Positions 37,839 through 47,044 of a stretch of DNA of 64,000 nucleotides are shown here, piece after piece. Location: contig CBDIID010000003.1 of NCBI GenBank assembly GCA_965279515.1, positions 1,120,001 through 1,184,000 of the forward strand, in the 5' to 3' direction. A program made the position numbers and the translations under genes. Numbering within the stretch: position 1 is the stretch's first letter; each line of letters opens with the position of its first letter. The DNA comes from Turneriella sp. GTDB taxonomy: Bacteria; Spirochaetota; Leptospiria; Turneriellales; Turneriellaceae. A model generated the notes under the pieces. The model did not search any database, was not told the DNA's origin, and was given only the letters and a program-made list of their open reading frames with translations.

Positions 37839-38303
37839 ATGCTGATGCCAGCGCACCCGCTCATGTCGCATTCGGATGCCCCCAGTGCGATTTTATTTAT
37901 CCGCAGCGGACGCATCGCCACGGCAATGCTGGAAGGCGAACTCTCAAAACTCGGACTTACCGTGCCCTATGCGAGTATTCTCACAGCCCTGCTCGAACAC
38001 GGCTCGAAATCAGCCACAGATCTCTGTATACTGACAATGCGCGAGCGCGCGAACATGAGCGTACTTTTAAGTAAGCTTAAGAAAATCGAATACGTTTCAG
38101 AAAAACCAAACCCACTCGATGCACGCAGCCAGGTCATCTCGCTCACCGGCGAAGGAAAAAAAATGGCCGGTAAATGCCGTGAGGTGACAGAAGAGGTTTC
38201 GGGTCTCATCGATAATTTCCTGAAAACCCATGAAGAGAGCCCGGAAAAATTCCGCACGCTCATGGCCGACTTTCTCGGCAAATTTCATTCATTGTACGTA
38301 TAG
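37839..38303 (+). CDS. MarR-family transcriptional regulator
   Basis: LSKLGLTVPYASIL, wHTH, PLDARSQVISLTGEG. Confidence 0.85.
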   Translation: MLMPAHPLMSHSDAPSAILFIRSGRIATAMLEGELSKLGLTVPYASILTALLEHGSKSATDLCILTMRERANMSVLLSKLKKIEYVSEKPNPLDARSQVISLTGEGKKMAGKCREVTEEVSGLIDNFLKTHEESPEKFRTLMADFLGKFHSLYV

Positions 38304-39148
38304 ACCAGAAGCGTTTTCCCCCGGGCGCGGCCGTTTTCCATATCGCGTTTGAGGGCCAGCACTGCCCTCACCATATAGACATCGTCAATGCGGATGCCCC
38401 ACGCGGAAGAGTATGCGGCGGCCACGTGAATCAACTCAGCGTTTTTTTTGCCGAAAGTTCCGGAAAAGTCCGTGATGAGTTCAAAACGATCGGCCGCCGC
38501 TGGTGCTAAACGGCGGATGGTGTCCTGAACCTGGGATTCGTTTCTGAGCACGGCGGCAGCGACGATACGCGTGGGTGATTTTGTCGCTGCAAGAAATCCG
38601 GCTGCAGTTGTTCCCGTCGCGCACGGCAGATAGATTGTTTCAAAACTCTCAGCCGCTGCTGCCCAGAGTTTAACCCCGCTCACACCTTCGGCGCCGAGGC
38701 CACCCTCGGGAATAAAAACCGCAGCCGCAAAATCGACTTCGGGAATCAGGCCCCGCCGCTGCCGGGGTTCGGCGTCACGCAGCTCCCTGTAAACAGAGCG
38801 TGATACAAAGAGGCAATGGACTCCCTGCGCTTCCGCAAAACGGATGGTATCCGACTTGCGCGCCGGGTCGGCGAGCTCGTCACCGCGGATCAGCGCCGTT
38901 GCCTGAAAACCTTCTGCTGCGGCGAATGCTGCGAATGCGCGTAGATGGTTCGAATGTGCCCCGGCCATGGTGATGAGGTGCGACAGGTTTTGTTCACGGG
39001 CACGGCCCACGTAGCCCTTAAGTTTGAAGAATTTATTACCACCGAGATGCGTTAATTTAACCGGGGACGATAAGAGGCTGAGGTCTAACCGCCAATCGTT
39101 GGAAAGCGGCCGAATGGTCCCATGCACGTGCGAAGGCGTGTTTTTCAC
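38285..39148 (-). CDS. PLP-dependent D-cysteine desulfhydrase / ACC deaminase family protein
   Basis: GGNKFFKL, GAHSNHL, IPEGG, CATGTTAAG. Confidence 0.85.
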   Translation of the reverse strand: MKNTPSHVHGTIRPLSNDWRLDLSLLSSPVKLTHLGGNKFFKLKGYVGRAREQNLSHLITMAGAHSNHLRAFAAFAAAEGFQATALIRGDELADPARKSDTIRFAEAQGVHCLFVSRSVYRELRDAEPRQRRGLIPEVDFAAAVFIPEGGLGAEGVSGVKLWAAAAESFETIYLPCATGTTAAGFLAATKSPTRIVAAAVLRNESQVQDTIRRLAPAAADRFELITDFSGTFGKKNAELIHVAAAYSSAWGIRIDDVYMVRAVLALKRDMENGRARGKTLLVYTYNE

Positions 39149-39207
39149 CTCCTTTATAAAGTCTTTTCTTACTTTTCGCCTTGTCTTGATGAGCGCTGCT
39201 GCCCGCC

Positions 39208-39978
39208 ATGCGCCCTACAACGCTTTTGGCAGCCCTGCTTTCAGCCGCCGGCCTTTTTGCCGCCGAAAGCACGGCGCAGTACCAAAAGGCCCTCGCCTAT
39301 TACGAGCAGAAGAATTTCGATGCCTGTATCACGGCGCTGAAACCCGCGATCAAAGAGGCGGGAGAAAATGCCGACCTGCGCATTCTCGCCGCGCACTGCC
39401 ACAGCGGTAAAAAGAATTATGCCGACGCCATCTATCACCTGAAGGCCGTTGCCTCAGAATCTCCCGAGCGCGCCTCGGTCCGTGCCGATATCGTGAACCT
39501 GCTCTTCCAGCAAGGCCGCTACCGTGAGGGGCGTAACTCGGGCTATAAATTCATCGAAGCGTTTAAAGATGAAGACAAACCCGTGCCTGCAGAACTCGCT
39601 CTGGCAACGGCGAAAGCCTGCCTTGCCTATGGCAAAGTCTCAGAAGCGCTGACGCTGGCACGCGACGCAAAGGCAAGCGCCGACAGCAATATTAAATATT
39701 CAGGCCTCATCACAGAAACACGCGCGCTGATCGCCACCGCCAACCTCACCGAGGCTGACATCTCGCTGAGTTACGCCGAATCGATGCGTGATTCAGAACT
39801 GCACACGCTGCTGCGCGCGAACATCGCCGAGCTTGCCTGGGCGCAGCAAAAATTCCCGGAAGACAAAAGAGCCGAGATTGTGGCGCTCTATGAAAAAGTC
39901 GCCCGCTCCGACAATGCTGAGATCCGCGCTGCGGCGCAGAAAAATCTCGAGCGCGTCAAGGCAGCCAAGGCTTCGTAA
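39208..39978 (+). CDS. Secreted TPR protein
   Basis: Signal peptide, TPR-like helical repeats. Confidence 0.72.
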   Translation: MRPTTLLAALLSAAGLFAAESTAQYQKALAYYEQKNFDACITALKPAIKEAGENADLRILAAHCHSGKKNYADAIYHLKAVASESPERASVRADIVNLLFQQGRYREGRNSGYKFIEAFKDEDKPVPAELALATAKACLAYGKVSEALTLARDAKASADSNIKYSGLITETRALIATANLTEADISLSYAESMRDSELHTLLRANIAELAWAQQKFPEDKRAEIVALYEKVARSDNAEIRAAAQKNLERVKAAKAS

Positions 39979-39989
39979 GCCGGAAGATT

Positions 39990-41312
39990 TTGCTCACCGA
40001 AACGAAACACACACCTACAACCGCGCTTCGCCCCCAGAGCGACATCGTGTCGCGTGCGAACGACGTCCAGCCACGGACTGCTCTCATTCACTTCGGCTGC
40101 CGGCTGAACCAATTTGAGAGCGACGGCATCAAAGCCAACCTCGCGGAAAACTCACATCGCATTATTCAAGACCAGCGCGAGGCCGATTTCATCGTCATCA
40201 ATACCTGCACCGTCACCAACAAGGCAGACTACAAAAACCGCGCGGCGATTCGGCGCGCACACCGCCTGAACCCCCAGGCAAAGATTGTCGTTACGGGTTG
40301 TTATGCAACGACGGACGCCGAAGAACTGCGTGCGCTACCCGGTGTTTACCGCATTATTTCCAACGACAAAAAGCATGACATTGCTAAAATTCTTGCGGGT
40401 GGAGACGACAGCGCCTTAAATGACCGCTTCTTTTTTTCGTCAAACCATGACTTTAAAAGCCGCGCGACGTTGAAAATCCAGGACGGCTGCAACAAGAGCT
40501 GTAGCTACTGCAAAATACCGCAGGCGCGCGGCCGCGGTGTATCCCGCGGCTTTGAGAACACAATTGCGTCGGCGCAAGAACTCATTGCCGCCGGTTTCGG
40601 CGAGCTCGTGCTCACGGGCGTCAACATCGGCTGGTACGAAGATCAGGGCCGCAGCTTTCATGCGCTGGTCGAACAGATTCTCGACCTGCCGGGTAATTTT
40701 CACTTGCGCATCAGCTCCATCGAACCCGGCGACGTCAATGACCGCTTTGCCGCATTTTATGGGCATGAGAAGATGGCAAAATTCCTCCACATTCCGCTGC
40801 AATCGGGCTCTAAATTCGTGTTGCGCACGATGCGGCGCGGTTATACTCCCGAAAATTTCATGAAACGCATCGATGCCGTGCGCAAGGTCAATGCCGACGT
40901 GCATATCGGCACTGATATTATAGTGGGATTTCCCTCGGAAGGCGAAGTCGAATTCCAGGAAACTATGGCGCTTAGCCGCGAGGCGGCCTTTGCCAATATT
41001 CACATTTTTCCGTTTTCGAAGCGGCGCAATACGCCGATCGTCGACTGGCTGGCCAAGCGCGAGAACTCAGCGCTGAAAAAAATCTACCGTGAGGTCAACG
41101 GCCAGATTATCCGTTCGCGCGCCGCTGAACTCGCAGCGCTGAAGGCCGAGCTGGCTGCTGCCTATGCCAAAAACGTCGCCGGCAAGGAATTCTGGGCGGT
41201 GGCTGAAAAAGCAACGAACGGTACGGTCAGTTATATTACGGAAAATTACCTGCGCGGTACTTTGGCGAATAGCCCGCTAAAGCGTGGCGAACGCTTCCGC
41301 ATCAAAGCTTAA
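39990..41312 (+). CDS. mtaB: tRNA t6A37 methylthiotransferase (radical SAM)
   Basis: FGCRLNQFES, INTCTVT, VVTGCYA, QDGCNKSCSYCKIP, DIIVGFP. Confidence 0.92.
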   Translation: MLTETKHTPTTALRPQSDIVSRANDVQPRTALIHFGCRLNQFESDGIKANLAENSHRIIQDQREADFIVINTCTVTNKADYKNRAAIRRAHRLNPQAKIVVTGCYATTDAEELRALPGVYRIISNDKKHDIAKILAGGDDSALNDRFFFSSNHDFKSRATLKIQDGCNKSCSYCKIPQARGRGVSRGFENTIASAQELIAAGFGELVLTGVNIGWYEDQGRSFHALVEQILDLPGNFHLRISSIEPGDVNDRFAAFYGHEKMAKFLHIPLQSGSKFVLRTMRRGYTPENFMKRIDAVRKVNADVHIGTDIIVGFPSEGEVEFQETMALSREAAFANIHIFPFSKRRNTPIVDWLAKRENSALKKIYREVNGQIIRSRAAELAALKAELAAAYAKNVAGKEFWAVAEKATNGTVSYITENYLRGTLANSPLKRGERFRIKA

Positions 41313-42328
41313 AACTTTTTCATCGCGGGTATTTCCGCGCTATGGTGGTTTCGGCTGGCCTTAATCTGTTTCACCCAATCATAATAACGCAGGTTGGGCG
41401 CCGCCCGGTGTACCGAATCGGCAAAGGTATAATTTTCAGATTTTTTAAGCAGCAGATGACCCAGTTCATGTAACCAGATCCACAAAATGGTCTCGATTTT
41501 CTGCTCGCGCGTCAGCGCGCCGCGCTGTTCGTTAAAGAATGCGGTATCGGCCAGCAGTGGATAAAGCCCTAGCACGCCCGCACCCTGTAACGGGCTATGC
41601 GCATTGTTTTCGACCAGCGCTGTCGTCACCCCACCCCGCGCGATAACGTAGAGAGGCATTCCTGTATCTGCTCCCAGGATGCCGGCATTGGTGAGGAAGA
41701 AATCGGTGTCTTTTTCTGCCTGTAGTAACGACGACCAGTGGCCATACGAATAGTATCTCTCATCGCTGGCATGCGAGCGGTCGAGAATTGCATTGCCGGC
41801 AAGATCTTTTTCCGCATAAATGCGATCGAGCTTTTGCAGAAAACTCCGTGTGCCTTCAGGCGCAGTTTTGATTTCACCCAGGTATTCCCGGATCTTTTCC
41901 TTGCTCTGGCTCTTCAGTGTAGCCTCGATCGCCGCCGTGATACGCGCATCACGGTCAGCCGAGAAATACGAAATCAAAAACCCCTGCGCGGGAAAAGCTA
42001 TGGGAAATTCACGGAAGCGCCTGTCGACCGACGCAAAAAAATCTGTAATCTTGGCGGGCCGGCCTTCGGTGACAGAGAGGGTATATCCGTAAATCTCGCG
42101 GACCTTTGCCTCAAGCTCGCGAAACAGTTTTGTGCGCTCCTCAAGGGTGAGCCCCGGCAGGTTTGTGGCTTCGACATAGCGCACCCTCAGGTTTATGGGC
42201 GCGGTTTTAGCAACCTCTTTCAGGTCCGGAAGAGCCGCGACATAAGCGTCGTAGCGATCGCTCTCTTTTTTCAGATCAACCGGTTTTGAACAAAACGACA
42301 GAATTAAGAGCGGAAGCAAGCGGCGCAT
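41309..42328 (-). CDS. Hypothetical lipoprotein with HExxH zinc-peptidase motif
   Basis: LILSFC lipobox; WLHELGHLL near the C-terminus. Confidence 0.6.
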   Translation of the reverse strand: MRRLLPLLILSFCSKPVDLKKESDRYDAYVAALPDLKEVAKTAPINLRVRYVEATNLPGLTLEERTKLFRELEAKVREIYGYTLSVTEGRPAKITDFFASVDRRFREFPIAFPAQGFLISYFSADRDARITAAIEATLKSQSKEKIREYLGEIKTAPEGTRSFLQKLDRIYAEKDLAGNAILDRSHASDERYYSYGHWSSLLQAEKDTDFFLTNAGILGADTGMPLYVIARGGVTTALVENNAHSPLQGAGVLGLYPLLADTAFFNEQRGALTREQKIETILWIWLHELGHLLLKKSENYTFADSVHRAAPNLRYYDWVKQIKASRNHHSAEIPAMKKF

Positions 42329-42339
42329 CGTGCGGCCTT

Positions 42340-44625
42340 TCAGGCAGCCCGTCGCGCTTCAAGCAGATTTTGCAAAAGCAGGCGAACGAGGCCCTTGAGG
42401 TTATCGGGCAAATCGGCATCGCCGTCTGTGCTGGCATCCCAAACCCCGACACACGACGGGCATCCCGTTTCGCACGAGCAACTTTCGACGGTGGTCAGCG
42501 CCAGAGTGAACAGCGCTTCATGGTTTGCCACGAGTTTATGCGAGAGGCCCACGCCTCCGGGATAATTGTCGTGGAAAATAATCGCATGGTTGCCGAATTT
42601 TTCGTCGCGGTAACCCGAGGCCACGGAAATATCGCGCCGGTCGCAGAGCGCGATGAGCGGTGAAAGCTGGCGGAGCAGATAGGCGAAACGTGTTAGCAAA
42701 GCGCTCATCTGCGATTCGGGAAGGGGCGGCAGGGCGCCGGCGGCGAGGTCAATCCACGCACCCTGTGTGTGCATTTCAATCTCAGGCGTATGGATCTGGC
42801 CCCAGCCCAGATTTTCCGAAGTTTCGATCTTGATCTTTTTGTAGAGGTACGCCTGGCGGCGCAGCGTCACTTCGCCCCAGTTGAGGCGACCCGCTTTTTC
42901 TTCACGGCTCTCTTCGAGATGCAGAATACTTTTGTGTACTTTTTCATGCGCATCGGTATAATAATCTGATTTGACTTCCTTGACTTCGGCGCGGCGTTCT
43001 TCCCAGATCAGTTTTTCGACATAAAAATGCCGGGCGCCGTGCATATAAATGGCTTCGTCATGGATAAAGAGCGGCGCAGAAAAATAATCGATTTCGCCGA
43101 TCACCTTCTCTGAACCCGTATGGGTTTTATCGACGATGACAAAATTATCGGTCGCAGCCGAACGTAAGGATACATTTGCCGCGGGATATGTATCGCTCAT
43201 CCAGAAATACTGGCCGCCCTTTTCGACGACGACGCGTTCTTCCTGCAGATGATCCATAAATGCATCGACGGCAAAGTTGCCAAATTTTTCGCCCTCCGCA
43301 AACCGGAGCTCATATGCGGCACACTTGAGCTGGTCCTGGTAGATTAACAGGTTATCGGGATTCACAATGGCCGCCTCGCCCTTGCTCTCGAAAAGATATT
43401 TGGGATTGTGCATCAGGTATTGGTCGAGCGCCGAAGGCGATGCCACCAGCACAGCCAGCGACGGCTCTTTTTTGCGCCCGGCGCGGCCAAACTGCTGGTA
43501 AAGCGAACTCATACGCCCCGGGTAACCGATCGAGATGACGGCGTTCAGCGAACCAATATCGATGCCGAGCTCCAGCGCGTTCGTCGAAACCACGCCGAGG
43601 GTGCCGCCGTCGCGCAGCGAACGTTCGACCTGCCGGCGCTCCAGGGGAAGAAATCCGCCGCGGTAGCCACGGACCTTTTCACCCAAACTTTCGGGCAGGC
43701 GTGAGCGCAGAAACTGCGTGAGTATTTCGACGCGGTTGCGGGAACGCGCAAAAAAGATCGTCGGCACAGCATTCTTGATCAGCCCCGCACCGATACGCGC
43801 CGCTGCTTTGTACGGCGATTCTGAAAGCTGGAGATTCTGGTAAAAAGGCGGATTATAAAAGAGGAAATATTTTTTGCCCTCAGGCGCCCCTGACTCAGTG
43901 ATCGCTTCAAAATCGCGGCCCGCGAGATTACCCGCGAGCTCCGCCGGATTAGCAATCGTCGCAGAGCAAAAGATGTAACGCGGTTTTGCACCGTAGTGGT
44001 CCATCAAACGATTCAGGCGGCGCAGCACATTCGCTACGTGTGAGCCAAACACACCGATATAGGTGTGCATCTCATCGATGACGATGGTTTCGAGATTTTC
44101 AAAGAAAGATTTCCAGATCGTGTGGTGCGGCATGATGCCCGAGTGCAGCATATCCGGGTTGGTAAGAATAAAATCGCCCGCCTTGCGCACGGCGCGCCGC
44201 TCTTCTTCTGGCGTATCACCGTCAAAGGTATTTACGTTCCAGGGTTTCTGCAAGAGCTCGGCATAACCACGGTACGCCGCAAGCTGGTCCTGTGCAAGCG
44301 CCTTCGTCGGAAACATAAAGAGGTGTTTGCCATTGGAGTTCTTCAGCTTCGCCTGCAGAATCGGTAAAAGGTAGCAGAGCGTTTTGCCCGATGCTGTCGG
44401 GGTCGTGACGACAAAATCTTTGCCCGCATCGTAGCGCTCAAAGGCCTCTTTCTGGTGCGAATACAGTTTGTCGATGCCGCGGTGTTTCAGTGCAGCTGCA
44501 AGCTCAGGCGCAAGCGCCGCCGGAAAAGACGCATACTGCGGCGCCTTCTCCGGAATTTCAATGAGCGCGCGGATGTTTTCGCCTTCAGTGCGCTTAAGCG
44601 ATTCGATGTATTGTTCTAAGTTCAT
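42340..44625 (-). CDS. SF2 DEAH helicase with DUF1998 (YprA/MrfA/Hrq family)
   Basis: PTASGKT, TNPDMLH, DEMH, SAT, TNALELGIDIG, QFGRAGR, C-terminal CSCETGCPSC. Confidence 0.92.
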   Translation of the reverse strand: MNLEQYIESLKRTEGENIRALIEIPEKAPQYASFPAALAPELAAALKHRGIDKLYSHQKEAFERYDAGKDFVVTTPTASGKTLCYLLPILQAKLKNSNGKHLFMFPTKALAQDQLAAYRGYAELLQKPWNVNTFDGDTPEEERRAVRKAGDFILTNPDMLHSGIMPHHTIWKSFFENLETIVIDEMHTYIGVFGSHVANVLRRLNRLMDHYGAKPRYIFCSATIANPAELAGNLAGRDFEAITESGAPEGKKYFLFYNPPFYQNLQLSESPYKAAARIGAGLIKNAVPTIFFARSRNRVEILTQFLRSRLPESLGEKVRGYRGGFLPLERRQVERSLRDGGTLGVVSTNALELGIDIGSLNAVISIGYPGRMSSLYQQFGRAGRKKEPSLAVLVASPSALDQYLMHNPKYLFESKGEAAIVNPDNLLIYQDQLKCAAYELRFAEGEKFGNFAVDAFMDHLQEERVVVEKGGQYFWMSDTYPAANVSLRSAATDNFVIVDKTHTGSEKVIGEIDYFSAPLFIHDEAIYMHGARHFYVEKLIWEERRAEVKEVKSDYYTDAHEKVHKSILHLEESREEKAGRLNWGEVTLRRQAYLYKKIKIETSENLGWGQIHTPEIEMHTQGAWIDLAAGALPPLPESQMSALLTRFAYLLRQLSPLIALCDRRDISVASGYRDEKFGNHAIIFHDNYPGGVGLSHKLVANHEALFTLALTTVESCSCETGCPSCVGVWDASTDGDADLPDNLKGLVRLLLQNLLEARRAA

Positions 44626-45608
44626 AATTGTTTAAAATCATACGCGATATGGAACAGCGCGCGCCCCGGCACCACCTGCGGATGCAGATGCATTCCCAGC
44701 ACAAAGCCGGTCTGCTCTGATAAAATTTCAGCGCGCTTATCGCCGAAAAGATCGGTGATAAACCCGAGCGCCTGCCCCGCGGCCACGTGGTCGCCCGGCG
44801 CCACCTGCGGCATAAAAAGTCCCGCATGCGTCGCACGCTGCCAAACAGCCTTACGGTAATAACCCGTCGGGTGATCGGCGAGGTTGGAGGTATTTTTTTC
44901 CGGCGGCATATTTTCGAGCACGACCTTCTCTACCGCCTCCAGCGAAACCAGGATTTTCAGCAACAGGAGTAATCCCATTTGCAGAATATTTTTTTCAAAA
45001 CGGCCCGTTTCACCGGCTTCGACGAGAAAGACGGGTTTACCGATCTTGCCGGCTTCTTTGCGCAGGCTGCCAGCGACGCCACTACTGGTCAGAATAATCT
45101 GCCGGTCGATATTGCGTGCCCAGGAACGCATCGTCTCGTCTTTCATATTGCCACGGATATGCGGAAAGTTCCAGCGGTTGTAGCTGCCCGAGTGCACATC
45201 GACGATGTAATCGGCCTGCGCGATAAAGTGCGTCCAGAGAAAGTTCGCAAGGCGCGCGCCCTCGCTGCCGTCCTTGAGCCCCGGGAACATGCGGTTGAGG
45301 TCGCGGCGGTCGGGCAGATAACGCGAATGGTTGGCATAACCCATGAGGTTGGCGACCGGCACGAGGCAAATGGAGCCCGATATTTCGGCGGCGATGCCCT
45401 CGAGGTGGGCGCAGAGTTCATGCAAGATACGCACGCCATTGAGTTCATCGCCATGGATTGCGGCAATAATGGTAATTTTAGGGCCGGGCTTCAGCCCGTG
45501 CACAAACAGGTAGGGCATCAGCCAGGAGCGCTGCGAGGCATCCTCTTCGAAGGGGACAAAGTGTTTTTGCCATTCACCCGGCGGGAAATTGTTCAAAAAT
45601 ACGCTCAT
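44622..45608 (-). CDS. Succinylglutamate desuccinylase/aspartoacylase (M14) family protein
   Basis: AIHGDELNG, RDLNRMFPG, DVHSG, VEAG. Confidence 0.88.
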   Translation of the reverse strand: MSVFLNNFPPGEWQKHFVPFEEDASQRSWLMPYLFVHGLKPGPKITIIAAIHGDELNGVRILHELCAHLEGIAAEISGSICLVPVANLMGYANHSRYLPDRRDLNRMFPGLKDGSEGARLANFLWTHFIAQADYIVDVHSGSYNRWNFPHIRGNMKDETMRSWARNIDRQIILTSSGVAGSLRKEAGKIGKPVFLVEAGETGRFEKNILQMGLLLLLKILVSLEAVEKVVLENMPPEKNTSNLADHPTGYYRKAVWQRATHAGLFMPQVAPGDHVAAGQALGFITDLFGDKRAEILSEQTGFVLGMHLHPQVVPGRALFHIAYDFKQL

Positions 45609-45730
45609 ATCGCCGCCGGATTATGTCTCTTGCCCGCCGGCGATGGGAGGACAAGCATAATTATGTTGACCGGCTTGGGCGAAAATATACGTCTATATCA
45701 ATAAATATGGGGCTAAGACCCCGGAGGAAT

Positions 45731-46300
45731 ATGAGAAAAATCAAGTTATTAGCTATCTTTACCCTGGCAACAGCGTTCACTGCGCCTGCGTTTTCAGTTG
45801 CACAGCTCGGTGTTCAGGGCAATTACCAGAATGTTACGTTTAAACCTAGTTCAGGGAGCCTCGGTTATTCCGGTTTCGGCTTTGGCGCCGTCGGCCGCTT
45901 CACAGCGGGTATCCCCCTTCTGATCACATTTGCCGCAGGCCCCTACATGGATTTTGCGACACTGACAACCAGCACTGCTGGTAACGGCGACATTTCGCAC
46001 CTGCGTGTCGGTGGTGAAATTGCAATTTACGCAGACGTGATCGGCAACGTCACGGGCGGCTTTACTCCTTATGCCCGCTTCGGCTATGGTTACGAAAATA
46101 ACAGCGTCAAGGGCACAACCACCACGACATCTTATTCTGGCAGCGGCGGGCATACAATCGTCGGTGTGAGCAAAAGCCTTGTTCCCCTGGTTCACGTCTT
46201 TGTTGAAGGTGGCGCACAGTGGAGCTCACTTTCCGCGTCCGGTACAGATTTAACCACCAGCGGCTATAGGCTGTCTCTCGGCGCGATGATCTGGCTCTGA
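45731..46300 (+). CDS. Small outer-membrane beta-barrel protein
   Basis: GGAGGA RBS, signal peptide, ~8 amphipathic strands (TPYARFGYGY, YRLSLGAMIWL). Confidence 0.7.
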   Translation: MRKIKLLAIFTLATAFTAPAFSVAQLGVQGNYQNVTFKPSSGSLGYSGFGFGAVGRFTAGIPLLITFAAGPYMDFATLTTSTAGNGDISHLRVGGEIAIYADVIGNVTGGFTPYARFGYGYENNSVKGTTTTTSYSGSGGHTIVGVSKSLVPLVHVFVEGGAQWSSLSASGTDLTTSGYRLSLGAMIWL

Positions 46301-46911
46301 GACTCTACCTTCACCCACAGAATCCCGAAGCGCGGCGAGTCAAAGAACTCGCTGCGCTGCTTAAAAACGGCGCCCTGCTCATTTTACCGACCGACACGGT
46401 CTATGCATTCGTCACCCTTGCGCAAAATAAAGACAGCGTCATTAAAATTCAGCGCATCAAGGATCTCCCCAAGAACAAAGCCCTGACACTCTATTGCCGT
46501 GATTTCTCGCAGATGAGCGGTTATGTGCGTTCGCAGGGAAACCAGCTCTTCCGTTTTCTCAAAGAAATTTTACCGGGCCCGTACACGTTAATCTTCGACG
46601 CGGCGAAGAATCTGCCGCATTACGCCGTGACAAAACAGAATACGGTGGGCATCCGCGTTGTCGAACATCCGCTCATTGCCGCACTATTAGCCGAGTTGGA
46701 TTTACCCCTCATCGGCAGCTCGCTCGATATTCCGCTCGCCGACATGCATGACTTCGAAGAGCTCGCCGATCTCTACGAAAACCGCGTCGACGCGGTCGTC
46801 AACTGCGGCGAGGTCAATGCCCAGTATTCGACGATTCTCGACGTACGCGACTGGCCGCCGCGGCTTATACGAGCAGGGGCCGGCGCCATACCTTCGGGAA
46901 TTCAGTCCTAA
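46297..46911 (+). CDS. Sua5/YciO/YrdC (TsaC-like) family protein; apparent CTG start
   Basis: In-frame upstream of ORF 46513: LRLYLHPQNPEARR...LILPTDTVYAF; LPGPYT, VGIRV, STILD. Confidence 0.85.
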   Translation: MRLYLHPQNPEARRVKELAALLKNGALLILPTDTVYAFVTLAQNKDSVIKIQRIKDLPKNKALTLYCRDFSQMSGYVRSQGNQLFRFLKEILPGPYTLIFDAAKNLPHYAVTKQNTVGIRVVEHPLIAALLAELDLPLIGSSLDIPLADMHDFEELADLYENRVDAVVNCGEVNAQYSTILDVRDWPPRLIRAGAGAIPSGIQS

Positions 46912-47044
46912 ATCCCTCGCTATAGCCGCCCGCGCAAACAGCGTGCCATTTTTGCACGTTCCGAAAATGCCGAAAACTATGCGTAGATTTACGAATTGAT
47001 TAACAATAGAATTCACGTTAAGAGTCGTACCTCAGACTACCGCA

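Noticed and set aside
42340..44625. DUF1998 helicase as an anti-phage (DISARM/Druantia) component
   Set aside because: Size and motifs fit the stand-alone YprA/MrfA/Hrq repair helicase; no methylase, PLD nuclease or SNF2 partner nearby
45623..45730. Upstream extension of the beta-barrel ORF
   Set aside because: A GGAGGA RBS and signal peptide place the start at 45731
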